DNA of 64,000 nucleotides from Escherichia coli (GTDB lineage Bacteria; Pseudomonadota; Gammaproteobacteria; Enterobacterales; Enterobacteriaceae): NCBI RefSeq assembly GCF_009931435.1, contig NZ_CP043414.1; one strand, 5' to 3'. Shown piece by piece: positions 48,477 to 58,178 of this stretch (position 1 is its first letter; each line of letters starts with the position of its first letter). The notes under the pieces were generated by a model. It saw only the letters and a program-made list of their open reading frames with translations, ran no database searches and was not told where the DNA came from. The position numbers and the translations under genes were made by a program.

Positions 48477-50390
48477 TTACTTACGACCTGCCAGCAGTTC
48501 CAGCACTTCATCCACGCTGGTGGTGTGTGCCAGACGCTCGATGACGGACTCATCATCCAGTGCATTGGTCAGGCTGGTGATAACCTGAATGTGCTCGTTG
48601 TTACGGGCGGCAATACCAATCACCAGACGGGCAATGTCATCTTCTTCTTCACCGAAGCGCACGCCTTCCGGGTACTGGCAGAACACCACGCCCGTTTTCA
48701 GTACGCGATCTTTCGCTTCAACCGTACCGTGCGGTACCGCGATGGACTCACCCAGATAAGTCGGGGTCAGTTTTTCACGATCCAGCATCGCCTGAACGTA
48801 TTCCGGCTCAACGTAACCGCCTTTCACCAGCTGCTCGCCAGCAAAACGAATCGCTTCTTCTTTGGTGGCCGCTTTGCGACCGAGGAAGATGTTTTCCGCG
48901 CCCAGTTTGAAGAGGTTAGCACTGGAATCGTCAAAGCTGTCTTTCAGACTGTCTTTCACTTTTACTTCGTTTGCAGTGTGGCGCTGGGCAGCAACCAGAC
49001 GTTCGGTCAGGCTGGTGTACAGGCCACTGTCGAGGAAGTTGGTCAGCGAAATATGCTGTGCCTGCGGAACCTGACGCATAGCGCGTTCGGTCAGGTCACG
49101 GTGAGTGATGACCAGGTCCACATCTGGCGGCAGGTTGTTGATCGCGCTGTTAGTAACAGAAATCTGCGACAGACCTGCATCCTGAATTTTCTTACGCAGC
49201 ACGCCTGCACCCATCGCACTGGAACCCATACCGGCGTCACAGGCAACGATGATTTTACGTACGTGGCTCAGGTCGTTAGTCACATCGCCCGCAGACAGCG
49301 GAGACGCGCCTTTAGACTCAGCTTTCATTTCCTGAACGCGACGTGCAGCAGCTTCAATATCATCTTCTTCTTTCACTTTGCTGGTTTTCAGCAGAATGGC
49401 AGAGACAACGAAGGAGACTGCCATCGCCGCACACACACCCGCGATGTTAGCGAAGTAAGCACCTTTTGGCGTCATCGCCAGTACCGCAAGGATAGAGCCC
49501 GGAGATGCCGGCGAAACCAGACCACCACCCAGGATAGTCAGCGTGAACACGCCAGTCATACCGCCGAGGATAACGGCCAGGATCAGACGCGGATTCATCA
49601 GCACATACGGGAAGTAGATTTCGTGGATACCACCGAGGAAGTGGATGATTGCCGCACCGCCCGCAGACTGTTTAGCGCTACCACGACCAAAGAACATGTA
49701 CGCCAGCAGCACGCCCATACCAGGACCTGGGTTAGCTTCAATCAGGAAGAAGATGGATTTACCCAGTTCATGGGACTGCTGAATACCCAGCGGCGAGAAG
49801 ATACCGTGGTTAATGGCGTTGTTGAGGAACAGGATTTTCGCCGGTTCAACAAAGATAGACGCCAGCGGCAGCATGTCATGGACAACCATGAAGTTAACGC
49901 CCGCAGCCAGCATTTTGGACAGGGCTTCAACAATCGGACCAATGCCGAGGAATGCCAGAATGGCGAGGATCATCCCGATGATGCCAGCGGAGAAGTTATT
50001 CACCAGCATCTCAAAACCGGATTTGATCTTACCGTCTACCCAGCGGTCGAAGTGCTTAATGCACCAGCCGCCCAGCGGACCTGCAATCATAGAACCGAGG
50101 AACATCGGCATGTCTGCGCCGACGATAACACCCATGGTGGTGATGGCACCGACTACGCCGCCACGTTCGCCGCCTACCAGCTTACCACCGGTATAACCGA
50201 TCAGCAGCGGCAGGAGATAAGTGATCATCGGCCCGACCAGCTTCGCCAGCGTCTCGTTCGGTAACCACCCTGTTGGAATAAATAATGCGGTGATAATACC
50301 CCACGCGATAAACGCGCCGATATTTGGCATCACCATGTTGCTGAGGAAACGACCAAAGCTTTGCACTTTGATCTTAATATCGGATGACAT
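48477..50390 (-). CDS. mtlA: PTS mannitol-specific EIICBA component
   Basis: ORF track 637 aa MSSDIKIKVQSFGRFLSNMVMPNIGAFIAWGIITALFIPTGWLPNETLAK... Confidence 0.95.
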   Translation of the reverse strand: MSSDIKIKVQSFGRFLSNMVMPNIGAFIAWGIITALFIPTGWLPNETLAKLVGPMITYLLPLLIGYTGGKLVGGERGGVVGAITTMGVIVGADMPMFLGSMIAGPLGGWCIKHFDRWVDGKIKSGFEMLVNNFSAGIIGMILAILAFLGIGPIVEALSKMLAAGVNFMVVHDMLPLASIFVEPAKILFLNNAINHGIFSPLGIQQSHELGKSIFFLIEANPGPGMGVLLAYMFFGRGSAKQSAGGAAIIHFLGGIHEIYFPYVLMNPRLILAVILGGMTGVFTLTILGGGLVSPASPGSILAVLAMTPKGAYFANIAGVCAAMAVSFVVSAILLKTSKVKEEDDIEAAARRVQEMKAESKGASPLSAGDVTNDLSHVRKIIVACDAGMGSSAMGAGVLRKKIQDAGLSQISVTNSAINNLPPDVDLVITHRDLTERAMRQVPQAQHISLTNFLDSGLYTSLTERLVAAQRHTANEVKVKDSLKDSFDDSSANLFKLGAENIFLGRKAATKEEAIRFAGEQLVKGGYVEPEYVQAMLDREKLTPTYLGESIAVPHGTVEAKDRVLKTGVVFCQYPEGVRFGEEEDDIARLVIGIAARNNEHIQVITSLTNALDDESVIERLAHTTSVDEVLELLAGRK

Positions 50391-50533
50391 AAAAACACCC
50401 CTTCTTATGTTTGCTGTCGCGCAGGCTGGAAGCCCGAGGTTTTTTGTTAATGTGGCGGCAGAGGTAGCCGGACCTTGTTGATAGTGCGAAATCTGGCACT
50501 GAATCGATCAACTGTCCAGTCGACGGCTTTTTG

Positions 50534-50549
50534 TGTGATATGAATCACA
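50534..50549. promoter_or_regulatory. CRP binding site in mtlA promoter region
   Basis: TGTGATATGAATCACA matches the TGTGA-N6-TCACA consensus exactly, about 145 bp upstream of mtlA. Confidence 0.6.
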
Positions 50550-50694
50550 TAAATATAGGGGGTAGAGAGGTAATTGACGTGATGTGCATCACAAAATACT
50601 TGTGTAAAAAAGCAACAAGACGGCGATTTTCGCTAAAAATGGCATTTAAATGTGAGTAATGTCACATTTTTGTTTTGTTAGTTTGTTGAATCTT

Positions 50695-50710
50695 TGTGAT
50701 CTGAATCACA
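50695..50710. promoter_or_regulatory. CRP binding site in mtlA promoter region (distal)
   Basis: TGTGATCTGAATCACA, a second exact TGTGA-N6-TCACA match; the mtl promoter is known to carry multiple CRP sites. Confidence 0.6.
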
Positions 50711-50926
50711 AGATATTTTCTTACGGCGTTCACCTGATGTGATCTGCAGCATGTTATGCCTTCGTCATAAAATCGTTATGTAACTAAGCAACTCATCACC
50801 TCTAAAAATTATTCTTTGGTGTTATGGCGAGAATCGCGAACCCGAATTATTGTCAAAATATCAGCCTGACTCCCTTCTGGCTGCCAGCCAAAAAACAACA
50901 CCGATAAACGTGAATCCGAGGCAGAT

Positions 50927-51289
50927 ATGTTTCTAAACTATTTCGCGTTGGGAGTGCTGATCTTCGTCTTTCTGGTGATTTTTTATGGAATCATCGCGAT
51001 ACATGACATCCCTTATCTGATTGCCAAAAAGCGCAATCACCCCCATGCCGACGCTATTCATACGGCGGGCTGGGTGAGCCTGTTTACTCTGCATGTTATC
51101 TGGCCGTTCCTGTGGATCTGGGCGACGCTCTATCAACCGGAGCGTGGCTGGGGTATGCAGTCACATGTTGCGTCGCAGGAGAAAGCGACTGACCCGGAAA
51201 TCGCCGCACTTTCTGACCGAATTTCCCGGCTGGAGCATCAACTCGCCGCCGAGAAAAAGACTGACTATTCCACGTTCCCGGAGATCTAA
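50927..51289 (+). CDS. yibI: small inner-membrane protein YibI (DUF3302)
   Basis: ORF track 120 aa [53 protein letters not shown]... Confidence 0.85.
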   Translation: MFLNYFALGVLIFVFLVIFYGIIAIHDIPYLIAKKRNHPHADAIHTAGWVSLFTLHVIWPFLWIWATLYQPERGWGMQSHVASQEKATDPEIAALSDRISRLEHQLAAEKKTDYSTFPEI

Positions 51290-51291
51290 AT

Positions 51292-52428
51292 ATGGATCTG
51301 TTGATTGTTTTAACTTACGTGGCGCTGGCGTGGGCGGTCTTTAAAATCTTCCGCATTCCGGTAAATCAGTGGACGCTGGCGACGGCGGCGCTGGGAGGCG
51401 TGTTTCTGGTGAGTGGTTTGATTTTGTTGATGAACTACAACCACCCTTACACTTTTACCGCACAGAAAGCGGTGATTGCTATTCCCATCACGCCACAGGT
51501 GACGGGGATCGTGACTGAAGTCACTGACAAGAATAATCAGCTTATTCAGAAGGGCGAGGTGCTTTTTAAGCTCGCCCCGGTACGTTATCAGGCGCGAGTC
51601 GACAGACTTCAGGCTGACCTGATGACGGCGACGCATAATATAAAGACACTGCGCGCGCAGCTCACTGAAGCGCAAGCCAATACCACCCAGGTTTCAGCGG
51701 AGCGTGACCGCTTGTTTAAAAATTATCAACGTTACCTGAAAGGCAGCCAGGCGGCGGTAAATCCGTTCTCGGAACGTGACATCGACGATGCGCGGCAAAA
51801 CTTCCTCGCGCAGGACGCGCTGGTGAAAGGCTCGGTGGCGGAGCAGGCGCAGATCCAGAGCCAGCTCGACAGTATGGTTAACGGTGAGCAGTCGCAGATT
51901 GTCAGCTTAAGGGCGCAGCTTACCGAAGCGAAATATAACCTTGAGCAGACCGTCATTCGCGCGCCGAGCAATGGCTACGTCACTCAGGTGCTGATCCGCC
52001 CAGGTACATACGCAGCTGCCTTGCCGTTGCGTCCGGTAATGGTTTTCATCCCTGAGCAAAAACGGCAAATTGTCGCCCAATTTCGGCAAAACTCGCTGTT
52101 ACGTCTGAAACCAGGTGATGATGCGGAAGTAGTGTTTAATGCGCTACCTGGGCAGGTATTCCACGGCAAACTGACTAGTATTTTACCTGTCGTGCCAGGC
52201 GGTTCGTATCAGGCGCAAGGGGTATTGCAATCATTAACGGTCGTGCCCGGCACGGACGGTGTGCTGGGAACCATTGAACTGGACCCTAACGATGATATCG
52301 ATGCCTTACCCGACGGCATCTACGCCCAGGTGGCAGTTTACTCCGACCATTTCAGCCATGTTTCGGTGATGCGGAAGGTGCTGCTAAGAATGACCAGTTG
52401 GATGCATTATCTTTATTTGGATCATTGA
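51292..52428 (+). CDS. yibH: HlyD-family membrane fusion protein YibH
   Basis: ORF track 378 aa [55 protein letters not shown]...; N-terminal TM helix, coiled-coil, beta-barrel C-terminus. Confidence 0.9.
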   Translation: MDLLIVLTYVALAWAVFKIFRIPVNQWTLATAALGGVFLVSGLILLMNYNHPYTFTAQKAVIAIPITPQVTGIVTEVTDKNNQLIQKGEVLFKLAPVRYQARVDRLQADLMTATHNIKTLRAQLTEAQANTTQVSAERDRLFKNYQRYLKGSQAAVNPFSERDIDDARQNFLAQDALVKGSVAEQAQIQSQLDSMVNGEQSQIVSLRAQLTEAKYNLEQTVIRAPSNGYVTQVLIRPGTYAAALPLRPVMVFIPEQKRQIVAQFRQNSLLRLKPGDDAEVVFNALPGQVFHGKLTSILPVVPGGSYQAQGVLQSLTVVPGTDGVLGTIELDPNDDIDALPDGIYAQVAVYSDHFSHVSVMRKVLLRMTSWMHYLYLDH

Positions 52429-52883
52429 GGGGGGCGGGGGATATTATGGAACTTTGCTCCTTGTAAGGACTAATTATTTTTGCATATTATTTCATCGGCT
52501 GTGATGATTTTTCTTTAATATTCATTATGTTAATAAGTTCGGGATGAGTGTGAACTCATTGGATTTTTTATCCGTCTTGATCTGCCGCAGGATCAGACTA
52601 TACATCGTCGAGATCGCAATGATTATGAATTGTTCCTCTGCGACGATGCTAATCAAAAAAGTGCTGGAGTGCTTTTCCATCTATTGCGATGATGGTTTTA
52701 TTATCTGAAGAATGGCTGTCACATTTAAAAATATATAATTTATAGATCACAATGTAGGTTCATGGAATATATGTATACAACTATTTTTCTCTTCACTTTT
52801 AATTATCGTATTCATTATAACACTAAGTTAAAAAAACTCCTGGAGAGTGAGTTATTAATATATTTTTAAATATAATTAAGTTA

Positions 52884-53405
52884 TTATTCATCGATGCATT
52901 TTATAGAATCATCAATGGCTACAATAGTACTATTAACTCTCCAATTTATATTTTTATTATCATTGCAAATATTAACTGAATCTATATCAATGATTTTTTT
53001 ATTTTTATCTTTTATTTTATTTACAGTTTCAATGCAATCAGCGACAAGTTGGTGTGGATTTAGATTCTTCAGATATGGTCTTATGATCTTTCCCTTGCTT
53101 AATAAATAGCATGTATAAGATTCGGAAAGTCCAGCATCTATTTTGTACATCATTATTCTAGATAAGGATGTGAGAAATGCCTTGTTATCATTAGCAGCCA
53201 TATATGCCAGTCCGAGTTCAGCCTCTGCGGCTTTACATGAAAAATAGCTAAGTGAACACGCTTTTCGTCCCTCTTGGGTACTGGCTGATATTAGTGCCCA
53301 TAATATTGCCTTGTCTGCCAAATCCAACTCTCTCTGAAATTGGTTTACAGTAACTGCATTCGCAGAAATAGAGAAAAAAAGCACAATTGTTAATAACCTT
53401 GCCAT
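52884..53405 (-). CDS. secreted (signal-peptide) protein, candidate immunity protein for the adjacent orphan toxin
   Basis: ORF track 173 aa, ATG start; N-terminal signal peptide MARLLTIVLFFSISANA; AT-rich; immediately downstream (4-nt gap) of the orphan toxin ORF, the usual toxin-immunity order. Confidence 0.55.
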   Translation of the reverse strand: MARLLTIVLFFSISANAVTVNQFQRELDLADKAILWALISASTQEGRKACSLSYFSCKAAEAELGLAYMAANDNKAFLTSLSRIMMYKIDAGLSESYTCYLLSKGKIIRPYLKNLNPHQLVADCIETVNKIKDKNKKIIDIDSVNICNDNKNINWRVNSTIVAIDDSIKCIDE

Positions 53406-53409
53406 ATTT

Positions 53410-53856
53410 CTAGTCCGTCACTGTTAATGTGTTATCTGGCTCTGAAAATATTAGCTCATTTAATTTTTGCATGTCATTAGATGAACCAGTTATACAACCC
53501 TCGGAACAGAATCGAGGTCCTAAAGATGGACCAAAAGCGTTTAAACAACTATGTATTAAAAATCCATCACGATTATACGTTTCTGTATTTGCTGACGGTA
53601 CTAAACGTATACCATTAGGTTTTCTATTAGTTGCTCCAGGACCATTAACATTCCAGGTCCATACCCCTTGAGGTATTGGGCCTCTATTTTGTAAGTGTGT
53701 ACAACCAGGATTATTTTTACATTGCATATTATTACCATTATTACCAGAGGCGACTGAAATAGTAAGCACACCATAAGAATTATCATCACCTGGTATATCT
53801 GAAACACACGAAAGCATACCTAAAGTTATGCTGTATAAACAGGTGGCTAATCCCAA
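53410..53856 (-). CDS. orphan Rhs C-terminal toxin domain, L,D-transpeptidase-like (Tlde1/DUF2778-like)
   Basis: ORF track 148 aa; no ATG at its head (track start is TTG). Contains ...GPIPQGVW...[30 protein letters not shown], i.e. His-x16-S-x-G-C, the arrangement of an L,D-transpeptidase catalytic motif. A roughly 35-codon Rhs core remnant ending ...[10 protein letters not shown] precedes it (53857-53960) in another frame. Confidence 0.5.
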   Translation of the reverse strand: MGLATCLYSITLGMLSCVSDIPGDDNSYGVLTISVASGNNGNNMQCKNNPGCTHLQNRGPIPQGVWTWNVNGPGATNRKPNGIRLVPSANTETYNRDGFLIHSCLNAFGPSLGPRFCSEGCITGSSNDMQKLNELIFSEPDNTLTVTD

Positions 53857-54037
53857 GGGGATCGATTCCAGAAATCGGGTTCAAAGGATACTGATAAAAA
53901 TTCCACCTACCTTCCAGCCCAATCGGAGCCTGAGTGTTATACCGCCCCTGCTGCGGTTAATGTTACCGATAATAGTTATAGTACAGCCCTGATTCATCAT
54001 CATACTACTGCTGCGGCAGTCTGATGAATTATTGCTT

Positions 54038-54511
54038 TTACGGATTCTCCTTATTCTTCCTTCTATCCATTCGCTTTAGCTTTAGCTTTAGCTTTTTGAG
54101 CTCTTGAAGTTTGCTCTTTGCATCAATATTACCGTTATTTACAGCGAATTCCATCCAATAAATAGCTTTATTCAAATTATAATATTCTGATAATATTGGA
54201 TTTGTATCCGATAAAAAAACTCCATAATTAAACTGCGCTGTAACATTCCCCTGAGATGCTGATCTTTCTAAGTATCGCAATTGTTTGTAAATGTTATTTT
54301 TAGTAAAGCAGTAATATTGATATAGTCGAAATGATGCCTCTGAATCACCATGTTGTGATTTATACTTCAGTTTCATCAACTTTTCTTCACTTAAATCATA
54401 GGTCATTGCTGTAGACCCCATCATACTTTCGTTTTGTTTTATTTTCACATCAGCACCATGCAATTGAAAAATAAAAGAGAAATAAAAAAATAGTAACAAG
54501 CATGCTTTCAT
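54038..54511 (-). CDS. yibG: Sel1/TPR-repeat protein with signal peptide (YibG)
   Basis: ORF track 157 aa MKACLLLFFYFSFIFQLHGADVKIKQNESMMGSTAMTYDLSEEKLMKLKYKSQHGDSEASFRLYQYY... Confidence 0.8.
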   Translation of the reverse strand: MKACLLLFFYFSFIFQLHGADVKIKQNESMMGSTAMTYDLSEEKLMKLKYKSQHGDSEASFRLYQYYCFTKNNIYKQLRYLERSASQGNVTAQFNYGVFLSDTNPILSEYYNLNKAIYWMEFAVNNGNIDAKSKLQELKKLKLKLKRMDRRKNKENP

Positions 54512-54683
54512 ACATCTACAACCTATCTTATATCACTGGGTTTTTCTGGCGTACCTTGCATATTAGAAATGGGGTGCCCAGATGGCCCATATGTTATCCA
54601 ATTACCAAGGTCTTTTGTTGTTATAGCCATAAGATCCTTATTTGAATTAAGGTTCGTTGGTGCTGTTAGCACTGTATCCATTT

Positions 54684-55466
54684 TTAACTTACCATTAGTT
54701 CCTCGCCCCACCACGTCCATAGCGTGTCAGGTCCTATTACATTTGTATGTAACTCTTTAGCTAATTGGCTAGCAAATGAATTTTGTCCTTTACCTGTATT
54801 ACAAGAAAATAACCAAACTGTCATCCCATCTTTATAATTCCCATCAAATTTAATTAGATATGCTAGATCTTTAGCTGTCATGATACTGCGCGTTGCGGAT
54901 TCAATAGATGTGGGGGTACCATGCCCCCCGATTGTGAAAACGCCTGGGATATTAATCTCATCAGCTACAGAATGGATAAGATCACTTTCGGGGTATAAAT
55001 TTATATCAACCAAACCTTGCGGATCTACATTTATGACCGGATCCAACGGATACTGATAAAAATTCCATCCCCCCTTCAGCCCAATTGGATCCTGAGTGAT
55101 ATACCGCCCCTGCAGCGGGTCATAATAGCGGTGGCGGTTGTAATACAGGCCGGACTCCTCATCATACTGCTGCCCCGGCAGCCGGATGAGCTGCTGCAGT
55201 TGATGCGGGTTCTCTTCATTCAGCAGGTTGCCCCATTCATCATATTCTGCGTACCACGCTGTTGCCCCTTCCGTGCTGACAAGCGCCAGGGGCAGACCGC
55301 GATGGTCGCAGTGGTACAGGTGAATTTTTCGCGCCGGCGTGTACACCGGGTCCATCTGGTTTTGCATCTGCGTCACCGTCAGGCCGCACGATGCCAGCCA
55401 GCGGCGGCTTTCCTCACTCACCCGGTCAGCCAGGATTTCACTTTCCAGCCGGTCGAGCATCTGCAC
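54684..55466 (-). other. yibJ: orphan Rhs fragment 2 (yibJ-like): about 456 bp of Rhs core 3' end plus a 108-aa C-terminal domain
   Basis: ORF track 260 aa from a GTG; residues 1-152 are homologous to the end of the full-length Rhs (…[58 protein letters not shown]), then a distinct tail [37 protein letters not shown]...; no promoter or canonical start evident. Confidence 0.7.
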
Positions 55467-55485
55467 CGTGCCGGCGGGAATACCC
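55011..55485 (-). repeat. dispersed repeat copy C (short Rhs core 3' end in orphan 2)
   Basis: Shares the ...[37 protein letters not shown]... to DP.GL segment with the other two copies. Confidence 0.75.
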
Positions 55486-55507
55486 CACTGTGCATAGGCA
55501 ACTCACG

Positions 55508-56350
55508 CTATGAACGCTTCAGCTTATCAATAGCGGAAGTTATAATTTCATTGTCATCAAACTTGTACAACATAGTATCTAAAACAGGAAGTAGCGTTTT
55601 ATCACCTAATTCACCCGCAGCTTCAATGATATCATCATAAACAGTATTTTTTTTTAACTCATCGCATAAAACAGATAAAACCCTTTTATCTTTTCTGTAG
55701 GAAAGTCCGATTATTGCTTCAATACGGACTTCCTCATTTTTATCCTGAAGCATCTCCACAAAACAATCCCTAATATCACTATTATCATATTTATTGATAT
55801 TTATTGCAAATGCGGCCCAGTTTCTGACATCTCCATTTGGATCTTTTAACAGATTAATCAATAGTGGAATTGTTGCTTTATCATTGATAACAGAAATAGC
55901 AAATGCTGTAGCACGTCTGACATTAGTCGATTTATCAAAAGCAGTAATTTGAGATTGTTCTACTATTTTAGGTGAATAAATTGGGTTTTTCTTGCATCGC
56001 TGAGCCGTTGACTCGATTGCCGTAGCTCGAACGCAAGCGCTCTTATCATTCAATGCCATATTGTTCAAAATATTAAACACATTACCTTCGCATTTTTTGC
56101 AAATTTTTATTTGCCCGAGTATAAATGCTCCGATATCTCTACGGATATAATTTTTATCAGAGCAGAACTCAATTGCCAATCTAACAGCGTCTTGCCCACC
56201 TCTTAACTGTAATACTCTGGCAGATGAAATCCTTTTCAAGGAATTGTGATCATCAAGTAAGCGAAATAATTCATCATCATTTAGTTTCTTACATTGATTA
56301 TATAAACCATACTCTTTACTTGCCTTTCTTTTCTGGTATGTATTTGACAT
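55508..56350 (-). CDS. yibA: HEAT-repeat protein YibA (probable immunity protein for the preceding Rhs C-terminal toxin)
   Basis: ORF track 55508..56365; start MSNTYQKRKASKEYGLYNQCKKLNDDELFRLLDDHNSLKRISSARVLQLRGG... at the ATG 5 codons inside the track ORF. Confidence 0.85.
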   Translation of the reverse strand: MSNTYQKRKASKEYGLYNQCKKLNDDELFRLLDDHNSLKRISSARVLQLRGGQDAVRLAIEFCSDKNYIRRDIGAFILGQIKICKKCEGNVFNILNNMALNDKSACVRATAIESTAQRCKKNPIYSPKIVEQSQITAFDKSTNVRRATAFAISVINDKATIPLLINLLKDPNGDVRNWAAFAININKYDNSDIRDCFVEMLQDKNEEVRIEAIIGLSYRKDKRVLSVLCDELKKNTVYDDIIEAAGELGDKTLLPVLDTMLYKFDDNEIITSAIDKLKRS

Positions 56351-56370
56351 TGCAGGAACCTCCATAAAGG

Positions 56371-57855
56371 CTATCTTTTTTTATCGTTTGACTGTCTGGA
56401 GTGACGACAATTCCAGGCTTTCTGTGTGCTTTTTGCATCTTTAGCACTAATATCACCACAATCAATTAGTTCCTGAAGTACGTCACATCTGTCGGGTTTT
56501 TTCCCATCACTCCAGAATCTGTCATTTATTATGTCATTGACACGATCAGTTATCCCTGTGTCTGCAACATTTCCACGAGAAGCTATCATTGTTATATCTA
56601 ATGCTAGTCCCGGATTATTCAATATTAGAGAGTCAAATATTCTTTGTGATGCTGTATCGTTCCACCATTTTGTCAATGCTTTTGCAGCATTATCATCTGC
56701 TTGCTGCTGTGCAGGGCTTTTTGGCCATGGAATTGGCAAGGGGAATGGTCCAGGAAAAACTTCTAACCCCAGAGGATCTGTATTCGTAACTGGATTCAAC
56801 GGATACTGATAAAAATTCCATCCCCCCTTCAGTCCAATCGGATCCTGAGTGATATACCGCCCCTGCAGCGGGTCATAATAGCGATGGCGGTTGTAATACA
56901 GGCCGGACTCCTCATCATACTGCTGACCCGGCAGGCGAATGAGCTGCTGCAGCTGTTGCGGATTCTCTTCATTCAGCAGGTTGCCCCATTCATCATATTC
57001 TGCGTACCACGCTGTTGCCCCTTCCGCGCTGACAAGCGCCAGCGGCAGGCCGCGATGGTCGCAGTGGTACAGGTGAATTTTTCGCGCCGGCGTGTACACC
57101 GGGTCCATCTGGTTTTGCATCTGCGCCACCGTCAGGCCGCACGATGCCAGCCAGCGGCGGCTTTCCTCACTCACCCGGTCAGCCAGGATTTCACTTTCCA
57201 GCCGGTCGAGCATCTGCACCAGCACCGGCGGGAACACCACACTGCCACCGTCTTCGCCGCCGGACTGCTGAAGCGCATCCGCCAGGCTGCGGCGCTGCGT
57301 TTTCGCCAGCTCACCGGTGGCGGTTTCGACCCTGATGAGTGGCGTGAAGCTCCCCGGCTGATAAACCGTCTGGATGCGGGTTCTGTCGTTCTGTATCGTG
57401 GTCAGCCGGTCGCCGTCCCAGCCGTACCAGGTCACTTCCGGTTTCCGTGACAGCGACATCCAGCCCGTCAGGTCCCGTTCACGCCGCCACACCCGTTTTG
57501 CCACCCTGCGGCCCAGCGGGTCGTAAAGATAGCGACTTTCGACCAGCGGCTCTGCATATTGTGTCCGCGTGTAGTGCACCAGCCGGTGCTGACTGTCGTA
57601 ATGGTACCGGTGAGTCCGCTCATCATCCGTGCGGATAACCCCTTCCGGGATGAGGTCGGTTTTCTCCGTCAGCCTGCCGTGACGGTCATACCGGTAAAGA
57701 TAGTGCGCGTCACGTGTTATACGATTATCCGGCCATATGCAGAGGGTGCTGTCCGGGTGCAGCTCCGGGTCAGGCAGGCGGTTACCTGCCGGGTCCGTTG
57801 CATACGGGATATCAATGCCCAGGTTACATATAATAATAAGAGCAATTAACTTTAT
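56371..57855 (-). other. orphan Rhs fragment 1: about 1.07 kb of Rhs core 3' end plus a roughly 130-aa C-terminal toxin domain
   Basis: Track ORF 56371..57579 starts at an internal GTG; the frame stays open upstream to about 57855 without an ATG and is about 95% identical at protein level to the last 350 residues of the core of the full-length Rhs, ending ...NTDPLGLE, then the tail [42 protein letters not shown]...SNDKKR. Confidence 0.75.
56760..57815 (-). repeat. dispersed repeat copy A (Rhs core 3' end, orphan copy)
   Basis: Near-identical to 58627-59682 (offset 1867 bp); the nearly identical antisense track ORFs 56884..57450 and 58751..59317 are a by-product of this repeat. Confidence 0.85.
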
Positions 57856-58178
57856 TTATTTATAATGCGCTTACTTAATACAAACCATTGAATATACCCT
57901 CCTGACAGAAAATAAAGCCATATTATTATCGCCATAATATACTTACTATCAATTCTTACGCCAATAATGTCTGAAATACTCCCTATAAATATTAGAGCGA
58001 TAAAGAATACTATGCCTGTTGGAAAACATATTACCATCATTCCATAAGACATGAGACTAATTAACTCGCTCACATCACGAGTGGAGTCTAATAGTGAAAG
58101 TCTATGCATGGAAAAGAATAGCATTAAAAGTGATAACGCCAGCCATATAGCTCTGAATGAAAAAATAATATATTTCAT
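57852..58178 (-). CDS. small polytopic membrane protein, candidate immunity protein for the full-length Rhs C-terminal toxin
   Basis: ORF track 108 aa [74 protein letters not shown]... with 3-4 predicted TM helices; ATG overlaps the rhs stop (TAATG); AT-rich. Confidence 0.6.
   Translation of the reverse strand: MKYIIFSFRAIWLALSLLMLFFSMHRLSLLDSTRDVSELISLMSYGMMVICFPTGIVFFIALIFIGSISDIIGVRIDSKYIMAIIIWLYFLSGGYIQWFVLSKRIINK

Noticed and set aside
48354-50264. 636-aa ORF on the plus strand
   Set aside because: Antisense to mtlA and starts inside the REP array; the long open frame is a by-product of codon bias in the highly expressed mtlA.
52429-52883. AT-rich 455-bp gap between yibH and the secreted immunity candidate, containing a 27-codon ORF (MIMNCSSATMLIKKVLECFSIYCDDGFII)
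   Set aside because: Too short and without ribosome-binding or conservation evidence available to me; more likely cassette-boundary remnant sequence.
56884-57450. Two nearly identical 188-aa plus-strand ORFs (56884..57450 and 58751..59317), plus further plus-strand ORFs across 59426-62034
   Set aside because: All are antisense frames of the GC-rich Rhs core; the duplication of the 188-aa ORF simply mirrors the Rhs core repeat, so it is not an independent duplicated gene.
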